Below are positions 9,754-18,402 of a stretch of DNA of 57,648 bases, in pieces. A program made the position numbers and the translations under genes. Positions within the stretch are counted from its first letter, which is position 1; every line of letters begins with the position of its first letter. The DNA is from an uncultured Bifidobacteriaceae bacterium. Its GTDB lineage: Bacteria; Verrucomicrobiota; Verrucomicrobiia; Limisphaerales; JADLHS01. The DNA lies in contig CAYWCK010000001.1 of assembly GCA_964456685.1 (NCBI GenBank), positions 1-57,648 on the forward strand, written 5' to 3'. Below the pieces are notes generated by a model. The model was not told the origin of the DNA. It made no database searches and was given only the letters and a program-made list of their open reading frames with translations.

Positions 9754-12700
9754 TCAAGGTATGGACGCTTTGTAGAACGCCGCCCCAGCGGGAGCAGTGT
9801 TGTCCACAAAGGAACCGGTACCACCGCCCGTGAAACTACCACTGCCGATATTGACATAGGTGCCGTCAACTGTGGTCGAGCGCCAGATGGTGAAGCCAGC
9901 TCCCGCCGGCCCACTCAGACTGAGCGTGGCACTGGTGGCCCCGCGGCTGATGTAAGTAATCACCGGCGCGGGGCTATAATAGACGCGCAAGAGCGGGCGG
10001 CTTTCCACCCACCCGTGATCGGCCGAATTAAACGCCCAGCCGTTATTGCCATTCGGCCAAGGCATTATGGCCCAGCCATTGTTGGCCGCGGCACCGCTCG
10101 CCCACGCCTGAACGTCGGCTGTGATTTCGATGTTGTGTTTGGTTGGCTGCACGGTTTCGCCCAGACCAGCGACGGGCAAGGTCACAGTTGGAGAAACCGC
10201 TGCATCCACACCATCCGTGTCCACGCCATTGATCCAAATGTCCCAGGTGTCAGCCGCGTTCCAGGATTTCAAAACGCGATAGAACTGAGCACCCGCACCT
10301 TGAGCATCGGCATTGATACTGGTTAGTTCGAGGATAGCTGCATTGATCCTTGATCCCGCCGGCACCTGGCCAGCGCTGCTGCCAATAATGTTGTCGAACC
10401 GAACCAGCACGTCGTTCTGATTTGGAACTGGAGTGGCCGCGACCAGCCAGTCGGGCGAGAGCACTGTGTTGCCCGCAAAGCTGGTAGTGGGGGCCGTCAG
10501 GCGGACTTGGGTGTCCACGGCGGCGCTGTAACCATTGACACCCTGCTGGAAGGTGGCCACTTGGCTTGAAGCCGGTGGCAGCCAGCCGACGCGCAAACGC
10601 GGGCGCAAGGTGATGTTGGTAGCTTCACACGGACTGAAGGCGGTACCATTCGCCCCATTCGTCCACGTACTCATTACCCAGCCGTAATTGTTCGTTCCGT
10701 TTGCCCAAGCCTGCACATCCGCAGTGACGCCGATGGTCCGCAAGCCAGTGCCGCTGGTTGTATTAGCCGCTTCATCACCCAAAAACGCATTGGTGCCCGA
10801 CACCGCCTCGATATTGTCCAATTGGATGCCGCTGCCAACGCTGTTGAAGGTAATCCCTTCATCCCAATCGCCGAGCATCCGATTGAAACGCGCGCCGTGA
10901 CCGCTATCGGCCACGTTCATAATCAATTCCGCGAAGACGATCTTGGCGCCGAGCGGAATCTGACCATCAGCATTGCCGACCAAATTGGTGAACTTGATGA
11001 AGCACTGCATCTGATCCTCGGGAATGATACTCAACGTGTCGAAATCTATCCACAGCCCCGCCGAGCTATAACCAGCCGGGAATGGCGTGTCGGGGAACTC
11101 GTGGTGGATCTGGGTATCGAGCGCGCTGGTGAACACGCCAAACCCGCCGTCCGCATCCTGCTGGTAGCTGTCGATGCGCATCAGTCGGATGGTGATTGCT
11201 TTGCCAACAGTGCTGACACCCCCATCGCCATCAGCGAGGGCAAACGAAAGCGTGCGGCTTTGCGGTGCGGCGCTGGCGTCCACATTCTGATAAGAAATGG
11301 CCCGAGCCAGCGCTTGAGCCGCCGCTGGAGTTGCGGCAGCGCTATTAAACGTGATGCTTAACGGAGTAACACCCACGCCGCCACTCTTCGTTCCGATAGC
11401 AACGCCTTCATAGGAAACCGTGCTTCCGGAAACCGAGATTTGGCCCGTGCCGGTGCCGATGTTGCGGACATCCAGCCGGTCGGAAGCGGTCGCGCCAGCC
11501 GTGATCGTGACCGTCAAACCACCGCCATTATAATCGGCAGTGTCTGGATCGTTCACGGTGGCATAACCATCAATACCCTTGGCGGCTTCACCAATACCGT
11601 AGGTGAACGTGCCGGATGGCAGCGTAAGTACGGCTTCATTGTCGAGTGTGGTCACACCCACGTCGTCCGGATTGATTGCCGCATAAAGCGGGTCGGTGCT
11701 GCTGACGGTCGTGATGATGGTGAAGTCAATCGGGCCATCATTGGTGAGATCGTCCACCGCGGTGACTGTGACATTCTGCGGAACATTCCAGTTGGCGGGG
11801 GTGAAGACTACTGAAGGCGTGACGGTGCCCTCGGTTGTGTCGCTGGATGCGCAGTTGATCGTCACATTAGCCGTCGGCTGACTGCCGAGAACCAGAGCAA
11901 AATTTGCGGTCGTGTTTGGCTCCGAAATGGTGAGTTTGCTAGCGGGAACAATGACGCGGGCCTGATCGTTATCCAAGTTTACACCGGCAGGATCAAGGGC
12001 GTTAAATCCATTGTAAGCGCCATCAGTGCTGGTGGCTGGGCCCAGCACAACGGTGTATGCAATGTTCCCGTCCTGCACGTCGTCATTGACGCCGGTCACG
12101 GTCACCACCTGCGGCGTGGCATAATCCGCGGGGGTGAAGGTCAGGCTGCTCGGTGACACCGTGGCTTCAGTGGTGTCGCTGGAGGAAACTGGCACGGTTA
12201 CATTATCTGTGGGCGCTGAAGTGAGCCAGACCAGGAAAGTGTTGGTACCACCCGATTCCGTAGTGATCACAGTGCTGGCGTCAACCGAAACCGCGCCCGG
12301 CTCGTTGTCCAGATTAACCAAACCAACGGTGCCTCCGCTCAGGGCGTTGTAATTGAGGTCGGTACTGGTCGTCGCTGACAGAGTAACGTTGTATGCTTTG
12401 CTTCCATCTGTCAGAACATCTTCCACGCCTGTGACGGTGACGGATTGCGGTACGTTCCAATCCGAAGGAGTGAAAGTGAGCGTTGTCGGACTGACCGTTC
12501 CTTCGGCGGTATCGCTCGACGCGACATTAATGGTCACGTTGTTGGTCATCTTGGGATAACCGTTGATGGTGACGGTGAAATTCGTGGCGCCGCCAGACTC
12601 GGTGGTCTGGAGGTTTGCGGTGGGTGCAATTGTTACACCCGGCTTCTCCGCTGGGATAAATACAAACGAGCAAACCGCTTCGGTGTCGGGTGGCGTTTGG

Positions 12701-13866
12701 AGTCCGCAGCCCGGGAGGTCGCGCGACTGAATTATCCAGCCATCACCAGCTGTATTCTTAGCAAAGGTCACGATGTTATCACCATTGTTGGCGTCGCCGC
12801 CAGCGGGCGATACAATCAGGATGCCATCTGCGGGAGACCGTCCGGGAATCTTGAGTTCATATTGGCCGGTGCTGAAATTGGTCACGGTAAACGCCGGGGA
12901 AGCGCCGCTGTGAATGGCGATGGCAGCATCACCCATGAACATTCCTGAGACGATCGTTGTGTCGGCTTTCGGCACAAATACGAAAGCAACAGGGTCTTGT
13001 TCATAGGAACGGCCATTGGCCCGATTGTCATGGGTATAGATCGTCCAAGTGCCATCCATTTCGTCGTCATCATTGTTGACGCGAGAAAGGGCATAGTTGG
13101 CTTCGTTCTTTGCGTGGTTCACCAAGAGGACACCATCGCGGCGTGAGTCAATTCCAAAGGGCCGAAGATCGAGGTAGTAAACGCCATTTGCCACCGCGTC
13201 GCTGATGGCGCTGTTGGTCCAGTAATCCCGGAAATGCGTTCCCAAAACCAAATCTGGAGAAGCAATTAGATTCGTTAGTTCCAAGCCGTTGGCACCGTTC
13301 AAGGCGTAACCGCCACGCCACGTCGTAAACGGAAAATACGCCACGGTGACATCCACATTGTCCTCACCTTGGTTGGCCGTGGTGCTGGAATTCGGCGGGC
13401 AGCGGAATATGCCTGCTTCCCAATAGCCACCCCCGTAAGGAATCGCGCAGGGGGTTTGAAAGTTGTTCGTGAAAGCGCTCGCGCCGTTGGTCCAGTTGGC
13501 CCGGCCGTTTTGGGCCGATGAAACCATGATTACGCCAGCGTTTGTATCATCGGCGAAGCTATCGCCGATCTGGACTCGGTAGTCTCCCATGTTGACAACA
13601 TTACTCACCACCGACAGCCCATTTACACTCATCAGGAGTGCGGCGGTGGTGTTGGTGTTGTCGTAATATCCGGCGACGGTTTGATCGATCTTGAGATAGC
13701 CGGCCGAAATGTTGTGGCCGACGCGATCCGCGCGGGCGTTTGTGGCCAATCCCAAGCCCGCAAGAATTGCGAGTACTAGGAACAGCTGGTTCAAGCGCGG
13801 AAGCGCGTGCCTGAGGGAGTCGCCTGGGATGCGGCGCATTTCAGTGGTTCGTGCAGTTGGTTTCAT
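9754..13866 (-). CDS. Giant secreted protein (1370 aa): the same N-terminal unknown module as the 1043-aa ORF, three Calx-beta/cadherin-like repeats, two DNRLRE-like beta-sandwich repeats and a C-terminal 'FY' domain
   Basis: Signal peptide is LFLVLAILAGLGLATNARA. The N-terminal roughly 310 aa are collinear with the 1043-aa ORF at 6588..9719 (YEQDPVAFVF, GDGWIIQSRDLP, FVFIPA). Three repeats of about 110 aa contain SSDT(A/T)E(G/A)TV(S/T)P..LTFTP..W..PQ.VTVTGV.D. Two later repeats resemble DNRLRE-type domains (FDNIIGSSAGQVPAGSRINAAILEL...FYRVLKSWN). The domain family names are tentative. Confidence 0.75.
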   Translation of the reverse strand: MKPTARTTEMRRIPGDSLRHALPRLNQLFLVLAILAGLGLATNARADRVGHNISAGYLKIDQTVAGYYDNTNTTAALLMSVNGLSVVSNVVNMGDYRVQIGDSFADDTNAGVIMVSSAQNGRANWTNGASAFTNNFQTPCAIPYGGGYWEAGIFRCPPNSSTTANQGEDNVDVTVAYFPFTTWRGGYALNGANGLELTNLIASPDLVLGTHFRDYWTNSAISDAVANGVYYLDLRPFGIDSRRDGVLLVNHAKNEANYALSRVNNDDDEMDGTWTIYTHDNRANGRSYEQDPVAFVFVPKADTTIVSGMFMGDAAIAIHSGASPAFTVTNFSTGQYELKIPGRSPADGILIVSPAGGDANNGDNIVTFAKNTAGDGWIIQSRDLPGCGLQTPPDTEAVCSFVFIPAEKPGVTIAPTANLQTTESGGATNFTVTINGYPKMTNNVTINVASSDTAEGTVSPTTLTFTPSDWNVPQSVTVTGVEDVLTDGSKAYNVTLSATTSTDLNYNALSGGTVGLVNLDNEPGAVSVDASTVITTESGGTNTFLVWLTSAPTDNVTVPVSSSDTTEATVSPSSLTFTPADYATPQVVTVTGVNDDVQDGNIAYTVVLGPATSTDGAYNGFNALDPAGVNLDNDQARVIVPASKLTISEPNTTANFALVLGSQPTANVTINCASSDTTEGTVTPSVVFTPANWNVPQNVTVTAVDDLTNDGPIDFTIITTVSSTDPLYAAINPDDVGVTTLDNEAVLTLPSGTFTYGIGEAAKGIDGYATVNDPDTADYNGGGLTVTITAGATASDRLDVRNIGTGTGQISVSGSTVSYEGVAIGTKSGGVGVTPLSITFNSAAATPAAAQALARAISYQNVDASAAPQSRTLSFALADGDGGVSTVGKAITIRLMRIDSYQQDADGGFGVFTSALDTQIHHEFPDTPFPAGYSSAGLWIDFDTLSIIPEDQMQCFIKFTNLVGNADGQIPLGAKIVFAELIMNVADSGHGARFNRMLGDWDEGITFNSVGSGIQLDNIEAVSGTNAFLGDEAANTTSGTGLRTIGVTADVQAWANGTNNYGWVMSTWTNGANGTAFSPCEATNITLRPRLRVGWLPPASSQVATFQQGVNGYSAAVDTQVRLTAPTTSFAGNTVLSPDWLVAATPVPNQNDVLVRFDNIIGSSAGQVPAGSRINAAILELTSINADAQGAGAQFYRVLKSWNAADTWDIWINGVDTDGVDAAVSPTVTLPVAGLGETVQPTKHNIEITADVQAWASGAAANNGWAIMPWPNGNNGWAFNSADHGWVESRPLLRVYYSPAPVITYISRGATSATLSLSGPAGAGFTIWRSTTVDGTYVNIGSGSFTGGGTGSFVDNTAPAGAAFYKASIP
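11635..12636 (-). repeat. Three tandem in-frame coding repeats of about 330 bp (Calx-beta/cadherin-like domains) inside the 1370-aa gene
   Basis: They cover aa ~411-522, 523-635 and 636-744. Each contains (V/C)(A/S)SSDT.E.TV.P...FTP..(W/Y)..PQ.VTVT.V.D...DG. The repeats are diverged at the DNA level. Confidence 0.7.
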
Positions 13867-13940
13867 GGTTTGGGCTGGTTGTTCTTGGGTGGGGTCAAAT
13901 GAATTTACGGCGGGTAGGAGTTGGTGACGGCAACAGTTTT

Positions 13941-14765
13941 TCAGTACGGCCCGGTCGGTCCAAGATAATTAGAATCGCCGCCGATGTTCCAGACGCGGAG
14001 AAAGTTCTTCTTTGTGACCCACTCAGCATGACCGTCCAAGAACGCGAACACTTGGCCTTCGGCTCCGTGATTGTCCATCTTATCGGGCCAATTGTTATAG
14101 TCTCCGGCACCGGCGTCATCGTCACCATCGGTAATCATGAAGGCTTCGGAAGGGCTGACTCTGCGCCCGATTCCGCCCGGAACGTAATTCTGGAGCACAA
14201 AGCTCGACAACCGGCGTTCGCTCTTCTTGCCAGGAACAGTCGTGCTGGTGCCCCAGACACCGAAGCATTCATAGCTATGGCCGTTGGAATCAATCGCCCG
14301 TCCGTTGTTCGCCAAGTCCGCAATGACGACCTTGCTGTTCCAGCCGGCGGCAGCGATGGTAACCGTGTTGGTGCGGATTTTGTTGCGAGTGCCGGGGCAG
14401 ATAAAAGCCCCCGTGCCAGGAACATAAGTTGGGTTCAGCCAGCTCAAATCATCATCGGAGCCGCTGCGAGTACCACCGGAAGGGATGTTTGGAATCTCAC
14501 CAGGAACCCAAGTATCACCACAAAAGTCACCATTGCTATCATCGGCGTACATCATGGAGCCGAGACCCAATTGCTTTAGATTGTTCAGGCAGCTGGTTTG
14601 GATGGCTTTCCTCTTGGCGCGAGTCAGGGCCGGCAAAAGCATGGCGGCCAGAATTGCAATGATGGCAATAACGACCAGCAATTCGATCAAGGTAAAGCCG
14701 GTCCGGCCGGCGCGACGCGCATTTCCCCCGCACGTCGAGGACTTCAGATGGTGTTTCATTTTCAA
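13941..14765 (-). CDS. Prepilin-type N-terminal cleavage/methylation domain protein with a DUF1559-like 'H-X9-DG' C-terminus (pseudopilin-like)
   Basis: The N-terminus [27 protein letters not shown] is a canonical type IV pilin/T2SS pseudopilin leader plus hydrophobic helix. The C-terminus carries FLDGHAEWV. It is the first gene of the long minus-strand gene string. Confidence 0.8.
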   Translation of the reverse strand: MKMKHHLKSSTCGGNARRAGRTGFTLIELLVVIAIIAILAAMLLPALTRAKRKAIQTSCLNNLKQLGLGSMMYADDSNGDFCGDTWVPGEIPNIPSGGTRSGSDDDLSWLNPTYVPGTGAFICPGTRNKIRTNTVTIAAAGWNSKVVIADLANNGRAIDSNGHSYECFGVWGTSTTVPGKKSERRLSSFVLQNYVPGGIGRRVSPSEAFMITDGDDDAGAGDYNNWPDKMDNHGAEGQVFAFLDGHAEWVTKKNFLRVWNIGGDSNYLGPTGPY

Positions 14766-14920
14766 TTACTCACGATAATAACTGACCGCGCTAATCTGAC
14801 GAGCGAAAGCCAAGGCCGAAGGGTAACTTTTCGATTACAACGTAACAAATCAGTAACCAGCCATCCCACACCCGCCGTGCCGCACCGTGCGGCACTGCCC
14901 ACAAGCTTTTACGCTTGGTT

Positions 14921-14938
14921 GCGCGTTAACGCACTAAG
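14921..14938. promoter_or_regulatory. Candidate operator, copy a: gcGCGTTAACGCactaag
   Basis: The core GCGTTAACGC (14923-14932) is a perfect palindrome. It lies in the 290-bp divergent region between the DUF1559 gene (start 14765) and the GDPD-LamG gene (start 15056). It shares TTAACGCACTA(A/G)G with the sites at 21248 and 23059. Confidence 0.5.
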
Positions 14939-15055
14939 CAAACACCGCCTGTAAAAGTTGTCAATGGTTTGGTTGGGTTCATTCCTGAATACCTATTCTG
15001 CCGTTGCCGCGATTGCTATTTGACGGTTTGTCGGCCAATGCAGTAACTCCAAGCT

Positions 15056-16837
15056 ATGTTTGGCCGTATTCTTTTCGGGCCGGTTCTTCTGGCGATCATT
15101 TGTCTTTCCGGTGCGGGACTGCAAGCGGCAGGGGTCTTGAGCATTGGGCACCGGGGCAACTCGCTTTTTGCTCCCGAAAACACTCTCGCGTCGTTTGCCG
15201 CCGCACAAGGCAAGGCGGATTTGGTGGAAACGGACGGGCGGCTAAGCGCAGACGGCGTGCTGGTGATCATGCACGATGCCACCGTGGATCGCACCACGGA
15301 CGGCACGGGCACGATTGGCAGCCAAACCGTAGCGCAGCTCAAACTGCTCGATGCAGGCTCCTGGTTCAGTTCCGCTTTCATCGGCGAACGCATTCCCACA
15401 ATGGAGGAAATGATCACCAACACGGTGCCCTTCGCCACCCCATTGATCGAGCAGAAGGATGGCCCGGCCACTGCCTACGTGGATGAATTGCGCCGGCTGA
15501 ACGCCGTCACCAACGTCATTCTTCAGTCCTTTGATTGGAATTTCCTCGCCGCCGTCCACGCGCTCGAACCCGCTGTGCGGCTGGGGGCGCTGGGCAGCGG
15601 CACGTTCACAACCGCGATCCTCACCAACATCATCAACAGCGGCGCGACCATCGTGGCCTGGGAAAAGACGTCCGTCACCCCCACGGTGCTCAACCAAGTG
15701 CATGGTGCCGGACTGAAATTGTTCGTCTGGACAGTGGACAGCGGCACGGAAATCCAGCAGTTCATCAACCTCGGGGTGGATGGGATCATCTCCAATGATC
15801 CGGCCACCGTCAAAGGCCTGCAGCAACCGCCGCCCACCAACGCGCCGGCCTATTTGGGTGACCGGCTCGTGGCGTATTGGAAGATGGATGATGGGCTGAC
15901 GAATGCTTTCACCACCACGGTCGCTGACAGCAAGGGCAGCAATGCAGGAGCGCTGGTGCGCAACGACGGCGCGTCCCACTGGTTCACCGAGCCTTTGGCC
16001 AAATTGGACGGCTGCCTGAAACTGGAAGGTCTCAATGCGTTCGTTACCCTGCCGCAAACGGCGGATCTGGACATCAATACCAACCAGTTCACGCTGTCCG
16101 CTTGGGTCCGGCTGCAAAACCTGCCGGCCCAACTCGCCGCCAGCTTCGGCGCCATCTTCGATTCGACCAATGATTGCTACGTTCTGTATCTCGACAAGGC
16201 GAACAATGAATTGCGGTTCAAAGTCACCACCGCCAACGGTCACGCCGCCCGTCCCGGGATTCCGGCAAGTTCGCTCCAGACCAATCAATGGCTGCATGTG
16301 GTGGCCACGTTTGACGGCCAGGCCTATCCCGCCTCCGGCGAGGCGGTCATTTACCTCAACGGCGTGGAGATGGATTCACACATTGGCAACGACGGCGGTG
16401 GCGGAACAGGTCTGACCGGCAATGTGAAGGCCGGGCAGTTGGCTGGCCTTGGCCGGGAAGGATGGGTGGGCGCCAACTATTTTACCGGCTATGTGGATGA
16501 TGTGGCCATCTGGAAGCGGGCACTTACGGCCGCCGAAGTTCAACAAGTGTTTGCCGCTGGGCAGGCCGGCGAAAGTCTGGGTGACCTGCTACGCCTCCCC
16601 ACCTCGCTGATTCAATTCGTTTCCGCGAGCAAAGCCACGGGGGACGGTGGGATCGAAATTGTGTTCACGAACCTGGGCTCGTGGAATTCGTTCCGGCTGC
16701 TACGTGCAACCCAGCTCGCCGGACCGTATCAGGCGGTTGAGGGTGTGAATGCGGTGGCGTTGGGGGGCGGCCAGTATCGCTTCAACTACTCCCCCACTGC
16801 GGGCGGACCGGAATACTTCCGCATCGAGGGCCGCTGA
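15056..16837 (+). CDS. Secreted glycerophosphodiester phosphodiesterase (GDPD) fused to a LamG/concanavalin-A-like domain and a C-terminal 'FYRI' domain
   Basis: Signal peptide is MFGRILFGPVLLAIICLSGAGLQAAG. GDPD motifs are GHRGNSLFAPENTLASF, ETDGRLSADGVLVIMHDATVDRTTDGTG and QSFDW. LamG-like region: LVAYWKMDDGL...FTLSAWVRL...WLHVVATFDG...IYLNGVE...GYVDDVAIWKRALTAAEV. The protein ends ...PEYFRIEGR. Confidence 0.85.
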   Translation: MFGRILFGPVLLAIICLSGAGLQAAGVLSIGHRGNSLFAPENTLASFAAAQGKADLVETDGRLSADGVLVIMHDATVDRTTDGTGTIGSQTVAQLKLLDAGSWFSSAFIGERIPTMEEMITNTVPFATPLIEQKDGPATAYVDELRRLNAVTNVILQSFDWNFLAAVHALEPAVRLGALGSGTFTTAILTNIINSGATIVAWEKTSVTPTVLNQVHGAGLKLFVWTVDSGTEIQQFINLGVDGIISNDPATVKGLQQPPPTNAPAYLGDRLVAYWKMDDGLTNAFTTTVADSKGSNAGALVRNDGASHWFTEPLAKLDGCLKLEGLNAFVTLPQTADLDINTNQFTLSAWVRLQNLPAQLAASFGAIFDSTNDCYVLYLDKANNELRFKVTTANGHAARPGIPASSLQTNQWLHVVATFDGQAYPASGEAVIYLNGVEMDSHIGNDGGGGTGLTGNVKAGQLAGLGREGWVGANYFTGYVDDVAIWKRALTAAEVQQVFAAGQAGESLGDLLRLPTSLIQFVSASKATGDGGIEIVFTNLGSWNSFRLLRATQLAGPYQAVEGVNAVALGGGQYRFNYSPTAGGPEYFRIEGR

Positions 16838-16846
16838 CCGGCGAAA

Positions 16847-17395
16847 TCAATCGAGCATGTTCGTGGGAAATTCCGGCGTTTTCCCTTCGTTGATCTCGCG
16901 GCTCCATTCGTCAAGCCGGTTGCGATTCCAGAATTTGGCGCAGGCCTTGAAGTAATCGAGGACGGCCTGCCGCTCGCCTTTCTGCAGAAGCTCCGAAGCC
17001 AGGCCCAGCTTGGGCCCGTAATCCATTAGGCGCGGTCCGGGTGTGCTCGCCGACTCCATCAATTGTCGCTTCGCCTCGTCCAACCGGCCGTCGCGCAACG
17101 CCACCCGGCCGAGCACTTGGTGGGCGACGTGTGCCGCGTCACCGGTGTTGGCGTTGCCGCGTGCGGACGTGAGAAGAGTAATCGCTTCCTGCGCGTATTT
17201 TTGCGATTCCGCCGTTTGTCCGGCCACCAGACTTTGCCGGGCCGCCTCCGCCAGCGCCGGCAGCCGCACTTCGGGGGTCGTGGCGGCCTTCAAATTCTCC
17301 AGCGCCGGTTGCAGCAGCGGATTGTCCTTGCCGGCGCCGCCTTTGCCGCAACCCAGGATCAAGCCACAGAGAATAATTACGATGAAGCCTCGCAT
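16847..17395 (-). CDS. Lipoprotein, helical/TPR-like, unknown function
   Basis: The ORF track gives 16847..17464. I prefer Met24 (ATG at 17395), which gives MRGFIVIILCGLILGCGKGG with a lipobox (LILGC) and removes the overlap with the upstream gene. No recognisable catalytic motif. Confidence 0.55.
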   Translation of the reverse strand: MRGFIVIILCGLILGCGKGGAGKDNPLLQPALENLKAATTPEVRLPALAEAARQSLVAGQTAESQKYAQEAITLLTSARGNANTGDAAHVAHQVLGRVALRDGRLDEAKRQLMESASTPGPRLMDYGPKLGLASELLQKGERQAVLDYFKACAKFWNRNRLDEWSREINEGKTPEFPTNMLD

Positions 17396-17442
17396 AGTGA
17401 ATGCCTCGCACCGGCGAACGATTTTCGCTTCCCTTGCCTGCT

Positions 17443-18324
17443 TCAGGGAATCCGGCGGGTGCAATTGTCCTGCATCCAGGCTACGTCTGGATTGTTGGGC
17501 GTAGGTTTGAAATTGAAATCGTAGTTTTGCCCCTTGATTAGCTTAGGGGTGGTGCGGGGATCCCGCCAATGTTTCAATTCCGAGTGACCGTCGGCGAACG
17601 AAAAGCCACCTGCGCCACCGTGATAAGCCGCCGGGTAATCAATGATGCCGTAGTTACCCGGCGAGGCCGCGCCGCCCAGCGTCGTTGCTGCACCTTCCAT
17701 GGCGATCACGAACATCCCGTCATTGATGCTGTCTTCGCGCTCATCCAGGAACACAGTGGTCCGGGACGGGCCCGGATCGGTCATGTCGTTAAACTTGCGG
17801 TAAATGCGCGCTTCCCCGCTGGAATTGCCAAGGGCAGTTTGCGACCAGTTCAACGCGGCGAGTTGTCCGCCGCTGCCACGGCCACCCACCCAGGCCACCA
17901 TGGACATGCTCCGCACGCGCGGCATCATGGTGCCCCGAACGTTCACGGCACTCTGGTCGGAGGGGCACCGGAAAATGCCGCCGCTCTTGCCGCAGTAGGG
18001 CCACAGGATGCCGACGCTAATGTCGTGATTAATGTCCCAGTTGTCGGCCGCCGAGCTGTAATCGAGCCAGCCATTACACCAGGCGTAGGGATCGTAATTG
18101 CCGTTCCCTTTGGTGAAAGGCAGGACGTCCCGGTTGTCATCCACATACATCTTCCACGCCAGCACCAGATGCTTGTGGTTATTCATGCAGTAAATGCCCT
18201 GGGCTTTGGTCTTGGCCCGCGACAGGGCGGGCAAAAGCATCGCCGCCAGGATGGCGATGATGGCAATCACCACCAGCAACTCGATCAAAGTAAAACCACG
18301 GCGGCCTGTCAGTTTGCATTTCAT
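17443..18324 (-). CDS. Prepilin-type N-terminal cleavage/methylation domain protein with a DUF1559-like 'H-X9-DG' C-terminus (pseudopilin-like), second copy
   Basis: The preferred start is Met17 (ATG at 18324): [38 protein letters not shown]. The C-terminus carries [13 protein letters not shown]. Confidence 0.8.
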   Translation of the reverse strand: MKCKLTGRRGFTLIELLVVIAIIAILAAMLLPALSRAKTKAQGIYCMNNHKHLVLAWKMYVDDNRDVLPFTKGNGNYDPYAWCNGWLDYSSAADNWDINHDISVGILWPYCGKSGGIFRCPSDQSAVNVRGTMMPRVRSMSMVAWVGGRGSGGQLAALNWSQTALGNSSGEARIYRKFNDMTDPGPSRTTVFLDEREDSINDGMFVIAMEGAATTLGGAASPGNYGIIDYPAAYHGGAGGFSFADGHSELKHWRDPRTTPKLIKGQNYDFNFKPTPNNPDVAWMQDNCTRRIP

Positions 18325-18402
18325 AACTGTTCCTTTCGCGCCGGGACGATGGCGTCCATCGTCCCGGTTCAAACTAATCTCAGTGGCATCGTTCCGCCAC
18401 CA

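Noticed and set aside
15242-16297. A 351-aa ORF on the minus strand
   Set aside because: It is antisense to the GDPD-LamG gene, which has strong GDPD motifs. It is a shadow ORF.
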